DNA of 64,000 nucleotides from Octopus bimaculoides (Eukaryota), in assembly GCF_001194135.2 (NCBI RefSeq), contig NC_068981.1:173707644-173771643 (forward strand), written 5' to 3'. Below, piece by piece: positions 49,481 through 61,619 of this stretch; the first letter of the stretch is position 1; every line of letters begins with the position of its first letter. Under the pieces are notes generated by a model. It saw nothing but the letters and a program-made list of their open reading frames with translations, had not been told where the DNA came from and made no database searches. Both the position numbers and the translations under genes were made by a program.

Positions 49481-49786
49481 ATTGGCAATATCGATTTCAC
49501 GGAGCTAACGTACAGTACAGAGATTTGATCGCCATACAAACTTGTGTAAGAAATTGCAAAACCCTCATATGTCTAATATGACAGGTGAGTCTACGATTGT
49601 TCGATCAATCGATGGACATGCCAAGTCTACAGGCGCTGGCGATCATGGACCTCCATGCCAAAGTCTAAAGATACAAGATTTTCCTTGGAAAAGGGTTTTC
49701 TGAGATACATGCCTAGGGGCAAGCCCTCTTCCGAGTCCTGATTACTTAGCCATAAGACCATATATATAAATATATGTATGTATGTA

Positions 49787-49997
49787 CAGGGTGCGGCAGA
49801 AATACCTCCCATATTTGAAAGGTTAACAAAAGGAAAAAAAAAACAATATTAATGAAAAATTGATTTTGCTGTTGTTTAAAAAAGGGTTACAGTTTTTGTT
49901 CATTAGCTAAATGAAAACATCATTGGCACTTGCATAAGTTCATTAGTAACACATAGGTGAAAGTTTAAAATGTGGGAGGTATTTCTGCCGCACCCTG
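49787..49997. mobile_element. Tc1/mariner-type MITE, 211 bp
   Basis: Perfect 25-bp TIR CAGGGTGCGGCAGAAATACCTCCCA flanked by TA. Confidence 0.9.
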
Positions 49998-50043
<46 letters not shown>

Positions 50044-51614
50044 AATAATGAATGTGGAGGGGTAGGATCGAGTGGCCGTTTGTCATTCAAACATTGTGCG
50101 TTTAGAGCTACATTAACCATACGTCTCTCATTTTAAGTAGGTGGATGTAGTTTGAGGAAAATTTGGTTGCTATTTCTAGCATATCGAACAAACACATTAT
50201 CGTTTCATCTGCCACCTACGTTGCAAAGCATGTTACCAGCTGTGACTCTTTACAGTTCATCAAATGTAGATTGCTATGGAATACTTGATAAAATATTTCC
50301 CTAATTTTCTTGAACTAGAAAAACTCATCAATATGGTCTTTAAGATGATTTAGTTGAACTGAATTGGCGTGCTTTTTTAATTTTTTTTTTATATCTAGTC
50401 CTGCATTTTTGGATAACAGAAATTGTTAGATAAATTGACACGTCGTAAATATTCACTGCAACTATACAACTTGATGTGTAGTTGATGCTATTTCTTACTA
50501 ACGTCCGTTATTTAATAGTAATTTGTGTTATTTCCCCCCCCCCTTTTTTTTTAAACAAAGGTGGTGAGGTGAAGTTATAGTTGATTGAGTTCATCCCTTT
50601 GAGAAACGAAATGCATAAATGACTTCAGTCTGTATTTGAACTCAAGACCATGAAATTACAGAAACTACAAACTTATTTATTAAACTTTTGGACAGTTTAT
50701 ACTTACTAATTACCGGCAGGAATTACAACTAGTTTCCTTATATCATACTCCTCTTCACTGCAAATTTAGTTCGGGTATAGTCTGCATCGTAAGACGAGTA
50801 ATTTCGTAGTAATCAATTGCCGTGTAAAAAGTATTATTGACAATAAAAGAGAGGTCGTGGCGATGGTAGAGTGAACGAAAAGAAAAACAGAAGCAATTGC
50901 TAGAAACTGTTTTTCTTTCTTTCTCTCTATTTGAAGTTAATTGGACTTGAAACGTAAATTGGTTGGTTTATGAGGTCATTGTGACGTTAAATAGAAACAA
51001 CATTTCAAGGTAACGGACTCCACCGACTCGAAGACAGTAGGGGACTTTATCATTTCGGAAATTTGGAGTTTTACGAAAAGAAAATTTATTTTCTGATCAT
51101 TATTATCCCCAGTTTTATCCAAATAATCTTTAAATTTTTAAAATCAAATTCTTCTCGTTCTTCGAGAACCTTCTATATTTTAAGTTTATCTAACTAAAAG
51201 TGAAACATGCCGTTCAACAAGGTAGGAATTCTGCGTTTTCAAGACAAGTACATTGTAATAAACAGCTTTAATTTTTAATGTTAGGCTTTTTTTTATTACA
51301 AGTTCCTTGATGAATGTCTATAACTTGAATAGATATGATGCTTATTATAAATTTTATTTCCATCTAAAATGTACATCTTTTAGAACATTGTCATTTCATA
51401 AGATTTTGCTGACAAATTCTTAAATTAGCATAAACATTTATTTGCATGAAAGAAAATTACCGGAGAACTTTATTCCACTTCTTCCAAATCTTTCTACTAA
51501 AATTGTATTAAAACCGTTTGTGGGAGAGAGAGAGAATGTAGCACCAAGCGCTTCAACTGGTCGCACACCACAAAGTTCAACGGAAAAACTTCTATGTATT
51601 GTGTTCTTAAACTA

Positions 51615-51741
51615 CAGGGTGTCCACAAAGTCTGGGTACATGAGGAGTAACACATACTTTAAGAAATTATTATTTCTTATATTTAATTGTTTATGTTATG
51701 ATTTTATTTACTCCAGGTACCCAGACTTTGTGGACACGCTG
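51615..51741. mobile_element. Tc1/mariner-type MITE, 127 bp
   Basis: TIR CAGGGTGTCCACAAAGTCTGGGTAC (one mismatch on the right) flanked by TA. Confidence 0.88.
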
Positions 51742-52289
51742 TAGATTAAAGACACTCAGACAGGACAATGTAGCAAATTTCATTTCAAATTTCTTACTGA
51801 AGTGTGTAATTTAGGAAATGTTAGTGATAGCAGTTTCTTCTGTTCTTAATATTCAAAAATAAACTATTTATCTGTGACCTTATTTCCTAAAAATTCTACA
51901 ACTGTTTTATTTTCATATATAGTATATAAACATATACATCTTTTAGAACATTGTCATTTCATAAGATTGCTGGCAAACTCCACAAAATTTCATAAAATTT
52001 AATATTAGTACTGAATAGATGTGTCATTTAGACCTTATAGTGTTATAGCAATAGAATATTCATACCTATGATATGATGGAAGCTCAATTTCATCACACCA
52101 TACTTTATACATAACGCCTACTCTGTAACTCCTTATATTACTATGATTTTGTCGTTTTTGTTAAAAACCTATATATTGATATTTGACAAAGACCATTACA
52201 TATCACCATACTGTGGCTTTTTATTCAGCCTTGTGAATTTTAAACTTCAATTATAACTTCAGCAATAATTGGTATGACGTTAATGACCA

Positions 52290-52745
52290 ACAATTTTGAG
52301 GGGAAGGGATTAGTCAATCCCATCAACGCCAGTACTTGACTAGTACTTTATTTTATTGACACAAAGTTGATGCTGGAAGAATGGATGGCACTGAAGGGAT
52401 GAAAGGGAAAGTAAACATGGGAAGGATGAAAGGGAAAGTAAACATGGGAGGGATGAAAGGGAAAGTAAACATGGGAGGGATGAAAGGGAAAGTAAACATG
52501 GGAGGGATGAAAGGGAAAGTAAACATGGGAGGGATGAAAGGGAAAGTAAACATGGGAGGGATGAAAGGGAAAGTAAATATGGGAGGGATGAAAGGGAAAG
52601 TAAACATGGGAGGGATGAAAGGGAAAGTAAACATGGGAGGGATGAAAGGTAAAGTTGACCCTGGTGGGATTTGAGCATAGAATGTAAAGAGAACAAATGC
52701 TGGAAAGCAGTTTTTTCCAGTGCTCTAACTATTCAGCCAGCTCAC
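52290..52745 (-). mobile_element. SINE family B copy with internal minisatellite expansion
   Basis: Family B sequence on both sides of the array (gtacttattttattgac... and ...aaagttgaccctggtgggatttgagcatagaatg). Confidence 0.75.
52395..52655. repeat. 27-bp minisatellite (GGGAGGGATGAAAGGGAAAGTAAACAT) x ~9.5
   Basis: Directly visible; explains the three repeat ORFs at 52340-52696. Confidence 0.95.
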
Positions 52746-53985
52746 TGCTTTTGTAAGTCTTTCATAGTGATAAACAATAATACAAATCAAACTAGTATTT
52801 TAACAATAAGTTATTATTCCTATGATTTAAAGAAGGTTATAATAAAATGAAGAGTGACAGTGGGCAAGTGACTAAAGAATGCATCTTGGTTCTTCTATTT
52901 ATTGTTGAAATGAAAACTGACAATTACTTTGTGGGTTTTCTTAAGTGAGATTGAATTTTCATTTACAAGAAAGAATGCACAATGTGTTGCAAGGTCAAAA
53001 AGTCTCCCAACATTGTACAATACTTGTGTTAGGAGTACTCCAAACAAATAGGTTGAAATTTTGTCCTATGATGATTAATAACATTAATGATTTCCTGTCA
53101 TAGACACATCAACTAATCATTCAAATTGACTTGATATATAGATTTTCTGCATATTCTTTTCACATGCCAAAATAAAAGAATATTTAAATATGTATTGCAC
53201 GTTTTTCTTCTTTTTTTTTTTTAATAACTGATTTGAGTGTTTCAACAATAGTGCAAGAAGTTGCTGGACTGGTATAAATTTAGTATTAATAGTATCCTTC
53301 TCTTTAGTAATTCTTTAGTTCTATAGTTTGCTATAGCAACCAGCTGTGCCACCCCATTGTGCTACATGATGCTATTCATGACAAAGTCTTTGCTAAAAGA
53401 AGAAAAAAAAGAAAGAAATCGGTATAGCCTAGATAACAGCAGTATATCCATGACACTTTGGTCAGCTATCTGAAATGATTTGACAAGCTGTAGCTTTCCG
53501 TTGATATATCCACTTCTAAAGATTGTTTCTAATTTCCCCAACTTTGGATACAATCTAAATTAGAACCATTTCTACTAATTCCAAAGGCCCACCAAGATTT
53601 TGTACTGTTATCTACTAAGGCACTGGCTAAACTGCATCGGCCCAACAAGTTAGAAATTAAAAACTAAATTGGAATCAAGATCAAGAGGAATAAACATTAC
53701 CTAGCTCTCTCTCTCTCTCTCTCTCTCTCTTGCTGAACATTAAATGATGATATAGCCATCTAAGAATCCATAAGTCAGGAAAAAATGCACTAATATATTT
53801 GTCAGTAGAGTGGGCATAATAATCGAAGTGTACAGTATTACATATCCATAGCAGTTGATCTTACTAACCGGTTTCGCACCAGGAGTTCAATGGAGTATTA
53901 GGTAATAGTCTGTGCTCTTCAGATATGACAGTTATAACTGCCATCTCTAATCGGCCATAATGGATATATAATACTGTATACTTCA

Positions 53986-53989
<4 letters not shown>

Positions 53990-54040
<51 letters not shown>
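53990..54040. repeat. (TA)n microsatellite; others at 1-14, 9806-9835 (TG), 32165-32215, 32410-32450, 36410-36560, 49998-50042 (TA/GA), 53703-53730 (CT), 56645-56700
   Basis: Directly visible. Confidence 0.95.
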
Positions 54041-54044
<4 letters not shown>

Positions 54045-54185
54045 CTGTATGTGTGTCTGGATGTGGGTTAGATGGAGATCAAAAAGATAATAAAAGAAAG
54101 TAGATACAAAATATATGTAATGGATGCCAATTCTTCACCTTTGAAATACTTTGCCTAATTTACTTTAAATTATAATTGATTGAAT

Positions 54186-54680
54186 TACGAGTATCAAAAT
54201 GTTTCCAGACTAATTCTGTAGCACGCCAACAGATGGCAGCACACGGTTGCATGTGCAGTGAGAACTTGCAGTGACCTTCATGAGGAAATGTGCTGAGTGA
54301 CATCACTGTTTACTTTGCAAGTTGTGAAATTTGTGTTTTTGTGATCACATGAACGCTGTAGTCTGTGATTTTTGTCATGAACAGGAACAAAGAGCTAATG
54401 TGAAATTTTGCATTAAACTTGGGAAGTGTGCTAGAGTCATTGAGCATGCTTTGGCAAGCTTACAGTGATGAGGCGATGGATCATATGCAATGTTTCAAGT
54501 TGCACAGGTGCTTTCAAAGTGGAAGAGCATCCCTGGAAGATGATGAGTGATCTAGAAGACTTGCCATAAGCATCACCTCTGGAAATGTGGAGAAAATTCA
54601 TCAGCTTGTGCATGAGGATCATCAGAAGACAATCAATGACATTGCTCATATTGTTGGTCATATGGGTTTGTGCAGGCATT
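54186..54680 (+). pseudogene. Mariner transposon 5' relic: TIR-like end plus decayed N-terminal HTH of the transposase
   Basis: tacgagtatcaaaatgtttccagact end; EQRANVKFCIKLGK...AYSDEAM...CF..H..FQSGRASLEDDE.SR...ENVEKIHQLVHEDHQKTINDIAHIVG. Confidence 0.85.
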
Positions 54681-56105
54681 GTTTCGAATGGCATGGGTGC
54701 TTCAAAAGCAGAAGAATGTCCCTGGAAGACTTGCCATGAGTGTCACTCTCAGAAATGTGGTATTGTGCGTTGAGAATTTGTCTCCCAGGGTCAAGCTGAA
54801 TACCCTAACCACTAAGCCACATGCCTTCACAGCATTTTATTATATTACTTGCAAGTATTCAATCTGAACCTTAGTTCTTGACTTTTAAAACCCTTCCAGA
54901 GTTGACTGTCCTTTCATCACTCAAGAAACTACAAAATGGTACCAGTAATATTCTAAAACGAATGCAATTAACTATGTCACTTTCTTTAGTGAAAAATATT
55001 CTGTAGTTGTTTTAGAGAAACAAATATTGTATCGTGAATTACATAGGATACTATATAGCATGATAACCAGATAAATCCTTGTATGAAAGTATTCTTATAT
55101 ATTGAAAATATATTCCCATACTTCAGACATATCTAAAGTTTAGTTGTAGAATAATATTAGAGCAGACATGAGCATTAATCAGTTTTCTTCTCCTTATAAA
55201 TCTAAGGAATTATACTTACCTTAAAAAGATAAATATGACACCTTATTAGAGAGACAGTGATAGCTGAGACATTACAGTAAGGCACTATCATCCTTCTAGT
55301 TTCTTTATTTAAGACCCTTTGGGACTTTATCCTATGTGACTCTGAGGTCAGTAAAATAATGCAATATTATTAAAACATTAGCTTTGTGCAAAGGTAAGAA
55401 ACCAACTTGTACATCTAGATGTGATTTCATTGTAATTTACCATGTGTGGCAGCATTTTAATGTCCAATTTTCTATCCTGACATGGGTTGGATGGTTTATC
55501 TATGACTGTTTTACAACTAAACGGCCTTCCTTGTCTCCAAGTCTTAATAACTCCTTACAACACTCACAGATGCTATGTAATTCTAAAATTGGAATACACA
55601 AAGTAAAGGTAAAAAAAAAGGTAACGGTTACCTTCTCAAGTCACGCTGATTCGTGAGGGCTGGTTTCCTGGTTTCCATGGTGTATAAATTCCCTACCTGG
55701 AGGGACACCGGTCCTTTGCAGGATAACTCATTTTTGCCAGCTGAGTGGACTGGAGCAACGTGAAATGAAGTGTTTTTCTCAAGAACACAATACATTACCT
55801 GGTCCAGGAATCAAAACTACAATCTTACAATCATAAGTCCAAAACCGTGCCTCCACTAATACACAAAGTAATTCCTCAGCAAAATTACTGGTAAATAAAA
55901 TATGGAACCTAGTTTTGATTCTTACTTGAAATATCCTTATTGATTGTGCTAATATTACCTGTCAATAAAGGCATTTCCCCAAGCCCCATAAACTTTAAGG
56001 GTGTTAAAATTGTCAGGTCATTTTACACAGTTATGTTTAATAGCACATTTCTAGTAATATTGGTAAGCAGTTGATAAAATTAATTAATTTTATATTCTTT
56101 TCCAG

Positions 56106-56143
56106 ATGAATTTGGGAATTAGTTCTGATGTCTTAAATCTATG
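56106..56143 (+). other. Candidate 38-nt internal exon of an unidentified transcript
   Basis: Acceptor ttttatattcttttccag and donor ATG|gtgagt. Only one frame is open (MNLGISSDVLNL). Confidence 0.35.
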
Positions 56144-56289
56144 GTGAGTTGAGATCCATACAAATATCAAAATTAACAGAGCCAAATATAAAGAGTTGTA
56201 TAGAATCTGATAGCTTTATAAGGTTTATGTGTCTATTTATCACACATACACGAAAGTATGTTAGCATGCATGAATGACAGAGTATTAAA

Positions 56290-56500
56290 GAGCTGAGAGA
56301 AAAACTAATTAAAAGAGAGATGATTGCACTGGTATGGACATGTGTATGGAGGATGCCAATTGTATAAAGAAGTGCTGCATGCTTAAAGTGAATGGAGCCT
56401 TTGGGAAAGAGAGATCAAGAAAGACTTAGGATGAAGAGGTGAGGACTGATCTCAAGAATTTGCATTTCACATACAAAGGATTGTGTTGACCAGGGATTCA
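56290..56500 (+). mobile_element. Old RTE C-terminal fragment
   Basis: LHWYGHV...IKKCC.LKV.G..G..RSRKT.DEEVR.DL remnants. Confidence 0.65.
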
Positions 56501-56641
56501 TAGTATTGGAGAAGAATTTAATATGGAAAACCCAACCAGCAGTACAAATACAATAGATTGAAAGTCACAAAAATGGTGGTTGTGATATAGACTGGGATAT
56601 TGTAATTTATATGTATGCATATGTATGTTTGAGAATGTGCC

Positions 56642-56704
<63 letters not shown>

Positions 56705-57151
56705 AGTTCTGTGTGTGCATGTATTTACATCTATATATGCATGTGTATATGTTATCAAGTCTACTACTACTACCTCTCCCACTCACTGATACCTTCTCAT
56801 CTCTCCATTTTACACTTTCTTGTCACTTTTATCTCTTGCACTCACTTCTCTGTCATTTGTGCTGTTCATAGGTAAAAGAGTCACATACTTTCTACCCCAC
56901 TACCATCATCACCCTCATTACTTAACCTCTCTGACCCATCTCAAGACCACATTGCACTTATTAGGTACAGAATATTTTACCTTCAAACCCCAACCTCCTG
57001 TACTGCCAGTCATCACCCTATTTCACTCTGTCTGCCACTTACTCTCTTTCTCTACCATCAATCTATCTCCTGGGAGACATTGCTTTCTTTCATTGTTGTA
57101 CCATCTTGGACATGTTGCCTTGGATATATTTGCCTATTTCAGAATACTGAG

Positions 57152-59190
57152 ACAGGTATCAAGCTTTTAGATCAGGTAATGAAAGTCACGGAGAGGGTCA
57201 TAGCTCAACTGGTTAGGGAGCGAGTCAGTTTAGATGAGATGCAGTTTGGGTTCGTGCCTGGGAAAAGCACCACTGATGCTATATTTCTGGTAAGACAGCT
57301 TCAGGAGAAATACCTAGCCAAGGATAAACCTCTGTTCCTGGCTTTCGTTGATATGGAGAAAGCGTTTGGCAGGGTCCCCCGATCTCTTATCTGGTGGTCA
57401 ATGAGGAAACTAGGGATAGAAGAATGGTTAGTGAGAGCTGTGCGAGCCACGTACAGAAACGCTGTCAGTAAGGTGAGGGTTGGCAAAGAGTACAGTGAAG
57501 AATTCCGGGTGGAGGTAGGGGTCCACCAAGGTTCTGTCCTCAGCCCCCTCCTATTTATCATAGTCCTCCAGGCTATAACAGAGGAATTCAAGNNNNNNNN
57601 NNNNNNNNNNNNNNNNNNNNNNNNNNNNNNNNNNNNNNNNNNNNNNNNNNNNNNNNNNNNNNNNNNNNNNNNNNNNNNNNNNNNNNNNNNNNNNNNNNNN
57701 NNNNNNNNNNNNNNNNNNNNNNNNNNNNNNNNNNNNNNNNNNNNNNNNNNNNNNNNNNNNNNNNNNNNNNNNNNNNNNNNNNNNNNNNNNNNNNNNNNNN
57801 NNNNNNNNNNNNNNNNNNNNNNNNNNNNNNNNNNNNNNNNNNNNNNNNNNNNNNNNNNNNNNNNNNNNNNNNNNNNNNNNNNNNNNNNNNNNNNNNNNNN
57901 NNNNNNNNNNNNNNNNNNNNNNNNNNNNNNNNNNNNNNNNNNNNNNNNNNNNNNNNNNNNNNNNNNNNNNNNNNNNNNNNNNNNNNNNNNNNNNNNNNNN
58001 NNNNNNNNNNNNNNNNNNNNNNNNNNNNNNNNNNNNNNNNNNNNNNNNNNNNNNNNNNNNNNNNNNNNNNNNNNNNNNNNNNNNNNNNNNNNNNNNNNNN
58101 NNNNNNNNNNNNNNNNNNNNNNNNNNNNNNNNNNNNNNNNNNNNNNNNNNNNNNNNNNNNNNNNNNNNNNNNNNNNNNNNNNNNNNNNNNNNNNNNNNNN
58201 NNNNNNNNNNNNNNNNNNNNNNNNNNNNNNNNNNNNNNNNNNNNNNNNNNNNNNNNNNNNGAGAAAAGTTGAACTTACGAAGCATCAGTTATGGTGTGCA
58301 AGAGAGATGATTGCGCTGGTATGGTCATGTAGCGAGAATGGATGAGGATAGCTGTGTGAAAAAGTGCCACACCCTAGCAGTTGAGGGAACCTGTGGAAGA
58401 GGTAGGCCCAGGATGAGGTGGTGAGGCACGACCTTCGTACATTTGGCCTCACTGAGGCGATGACTTCTGACCGAGACCTTTGGAAATATGCTGTGCGTGA
58501 GAAGACCCGGCAAGCCAAGTGAGACCTAAATCTATGGCCTCAGCCAGTCCACTTACGCGTACCTTCCTTCATTGGACACTAAACCCCACTTGCGAAGACC
58601 TGTTGAGGCAAGTGAAATCGAAATCGAGTTAAATTCGACGACTGGCACCCATGCCAATGCCGTCTCCTTCATTGGACACAGAACTCAGCTTGCGAAGACT
58701 TATTGGGGCAATCGAAATCGTGATGGCACCTGTGCCCGCAGCATGTATATGGACCTTCGAGTGGGATCGTTGCCGGTGCCCCTAGACTGGCTCATGTGCG
58801 GGCGACACATGAAATCTTTCGAGTGAGATCGTTGCCAGTGCCCCTGGACTGGCTCTTGTGCGGGGCCGTTGTAGGATTTTCGAGCGAGATCGTTGCTGGT
58901 TCCCCATGACTAGCTCATGTTTTTTTTTTGTTTTTTTTTGTGCGGGTGGCACATGAAATGCACCATTTTGAGCGTGGCCGTTGCCAGTACCGCCTGACTG
59001 GCCTTCGTGCGGGTGACACGTAAAAGCACCCACTACACTCTCTAAGTGGTTGGCGTTAGGAAAGGCATCCAGCTGTAGAAACTCTGCCAAATCAGATTGG
59101 AGCCTGGTGTAGCCATCTGGTTTCACCAGTCCTCAGTCAAATCGTCCAACCCATGCTAGCATGGAAAGCGGACGTTAAACGACGACGACG
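57152..59190 (+). mobile_element. Young 5'-truncated RTE LINE (RT, N-gap, C-terminal domain, tandem-repeat 3' UTR, (GAC)n tail)
   Basis: GIKLLDQVMKVTERVIAQLVRERVSLDEMQFGFVPGKSTTDAIFLVRQLQEKY...GVHQGSVLSPLLF open up to the gap at 57593-58260. Confidence 0.95.
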
Positions 59191-59519
59191 TATATACTCC
59201 TGTCCCTTCTTTCACATATCTCTTTTATCACTTATTACAACCATTCATGCCTGTAGCTCTGTAAAATGGTCGGTGTTAGGAAAGACATCCAGCTTTAGAA
59301 ACCAAAAATGAAACATGACCAAGATGCAGTTATCTGACCTGACCAGGTGAACAGTACCTTTGAATATCCGTTGGCTCTGATTGTAGCAATACATTCAACC
59401 CATACCTACATGGAAAACATGTAAAATGATTTTATATCTGTGTATCATCCTCATTATTAGTTTCTATTCTAGGATGGGTTGGACAATCAGCATCACCTCA
59501 TTAGGAGCCACTGCTCCTA

Positions 59520-60090
59520 TAAATTGGTGTTCATACATCAGTTGGCTTAGTTTCTACCACTGAGTACCCTTCCTATCCCTAACCATTTTGTAGAGCATAT
59601 TGGGTGCATTTTCTCATGGCACCTCAATTGCTTTATCTACCATACTGCTATCAACTGGAACTGCTAGTCCCTCTGTAGGGTCAGCATGAAATAGCCCCTC
59701 TTTACCTGTGCAGTCTTCTCATTCAACAACCTCTCATAATTGCACTTCCATGCCTCTTTCTCAGCAGCAGCAGAAATGGCAAATACTTCTTTCATTTCCA
59801 ATACACTGTTCCCCAATAACATTTTGATTCTCTCTAACACTGTCTTGTAATTCTGAACACCTCTGATTCTCATGTAGAACATATGCAAATCTCTCCCTTT
59901 CTGCTAGCTAAGCATATCAGACACCTAGCTACCCTTCTAGCTACTTGATAATGCTCTTTACTATCACTGCCACCCAGACTTTCCAAACCTGTACCTTAAC
60001 TTTTACAGCTCAATCCACCATGTCATTCCATCACCACATCACTGGTTTGGCTGAAACCTTAATTATATTGGCTGACATACACAACATGAA
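59520..60090 (-). mobile_element. Old RTE linker fragment
   Basis: AEKEAWKCNYERLLNE resembles RETWRCHYERLLNE in the 17.6-kb copy. Confidence 0.65.
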
Positions 60091-60719
60091 ACTGAGAACC
60101 AACCAAACTGATTGAGGAGAGAGATAACTTGTGTGGGATTGTGAAATGCATCTTGGTCACAACCACTTGATGAAGTATGTGTGTGTATAGATGAAAAATG
60201 CACTGACAGTAAAAATTAACTAAATAAAGTATGAGGATATGATAAAAGTTGAAGTTTTGAATGTAAAGAATATGGTATGAAAGTGTTCGGTGTGAAGAAC
60301 TGAATTACAGCAAATATAGATCCCGGTGGAAATGGTGTGGTACTTAAATAATTCTGATGACCTGAGTAAAAATTATGGGATGACTTTTTTGTTATCTAGG
60401 CAAATGTCTGGGTTGGTAGTGGTGGCAGGATTTTGAGGCCCTGCATTTATACAAAGAAATACTGCATTATGTTTATTTAGTAGATTGCCTTGAGCAAATG
60501 GGAAAGACTAAGATTTTCACTGAGCATAAATTGTATAGTACTTAAACTTTGATATTATTACCATTTATGTGTATAATTAGTAGATTTCTCACATAACTTT
60601 CAAAAGAATTTTCTAGAGTATTATTTCATTTGTTCTATACAGGTTTCTAAATGTATGATTGTGGTTATTGTAGCATAGTTTAAAAGTCGTAGAAGTGAAA
60701 CATGTATATGTATGAGTGT

Positions 60720-61050
60720 GCATGTCAAATTAATTTGGTAATACAGTATTATCAAGACTTTTGTAGCTCAAAGGGCAGTTTCTAAGCCTAATGCTGTTGC
60801 AATTGGCATTCCTGTATATGCTACCATAATTGATGGATTTGAGCTTTTGTAAGTAATGGAATGTTAGGATTTATGCAAAATTAGGTTGAAGTGGGGGTAA
60901 GATTTTATAGTGCTTTCATTATAAATTATGTAGTATCTATGCTGTTGGTGAGAGAGTTTTTGAAGATGGAAAAAAGATCTTGGTATTAAGTTAACTATGG
61001 ATGTATTAAAGATGGGGTTATATACCTCACAATATTCTTGATTCAATTTC
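60720..61050 (-). mobile_element. Decayed Penelope-like element fragment (RT C-terminus / Cys-rich linker before GIY-YIG)
   Basis: ...HQQHRYYIIYNESTIKSY...NLI..., then in another frame ANCNSIRLRNCPLSYKSLDNTV, resembling the PLE F.KxHxYxKIFNxxTxKxSYS and CNCxxxxxCPLxxxCL motifs. Confidence 0.5.
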
Positions 61051-61619
61051 TGTTTTGTATTTCATTTGTTAGTAATATTTGTTACTGATTGCTGCATGGT
61101 AGACTCTAAGTAGAAACTTTTTTCTCTTAACCACTCTGAGAGATGGCATTGTTGAAGTAAGGGTTAGTTTAATGACATCTTTTTTGACAAGGCCCTTTTT
61201 TCATCCTGCAGGGTGTCCAAATAAAAATCACCCTTCTCTTAACTTGAGGTCTATTTTTGCTGTTTGTTTCATTCACTTACACATAGAATTATTGTACCAA
61301 CTACTTATTACTGCTAGATGAGTGAATTAGAAACATTCAAAGTTTCTAATCCTTCTAGAAAATTTGCTTGGTGTATGTTGACTGCAGCAGCAACAGGGGA
61401 ATCCAAATTCCTTAAAGAAGTCTTCAGTGAGGAGGTACATCAGATAAAATGCTTCACAGTATTTGTTCTGGTTCTTAACTTTCAAACCCTGCCAAAGTCG
61501 ATTTTATTTTTCATCCTTTTGGATGCTAAATTGGTCAAAACAGCTGTTTTTCTGCCACCTTTTTTTTGGACTCAAATCTGCTGTGTTCATCTTTGCAGGT
61601 TGATAAAATAAATACCAGA

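Noticed and set aside
49581-49590. Strong donor CAG|GTGAGT
   Set aside because: Lies directly downstream of a SINE head, probably in repeat-derived sequence; no matching acceptor or ORF identified.
52340-52696. Repeat proteins (MGGMKGKVN)n, (FTFPFIPPM)n, (LSSLPCLLS)n
   Set aside because: Produced by a 27-bp minisatellite inside a SINE; no splice or promoter context.
55212-55222. U1 snRNA 5' end (ATACTTACCT)
   Set aside because: Only 10 nt match; no stem-loops or Sm site follow.
58720-59030. CRISPR-like array of hairpin repeats
   Set aside because: The intervening segments are homologous to each other rather than unique spacers, the array lies in a LINE 3' UTR, and the context is eukaryotic with no cas genes.
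61318-61611. 97-aa ORF MSELETFKVSNPSRK...
   Set aside because: No recognisable domain, weak splice signals, and its end overlaps a SINE cluster.
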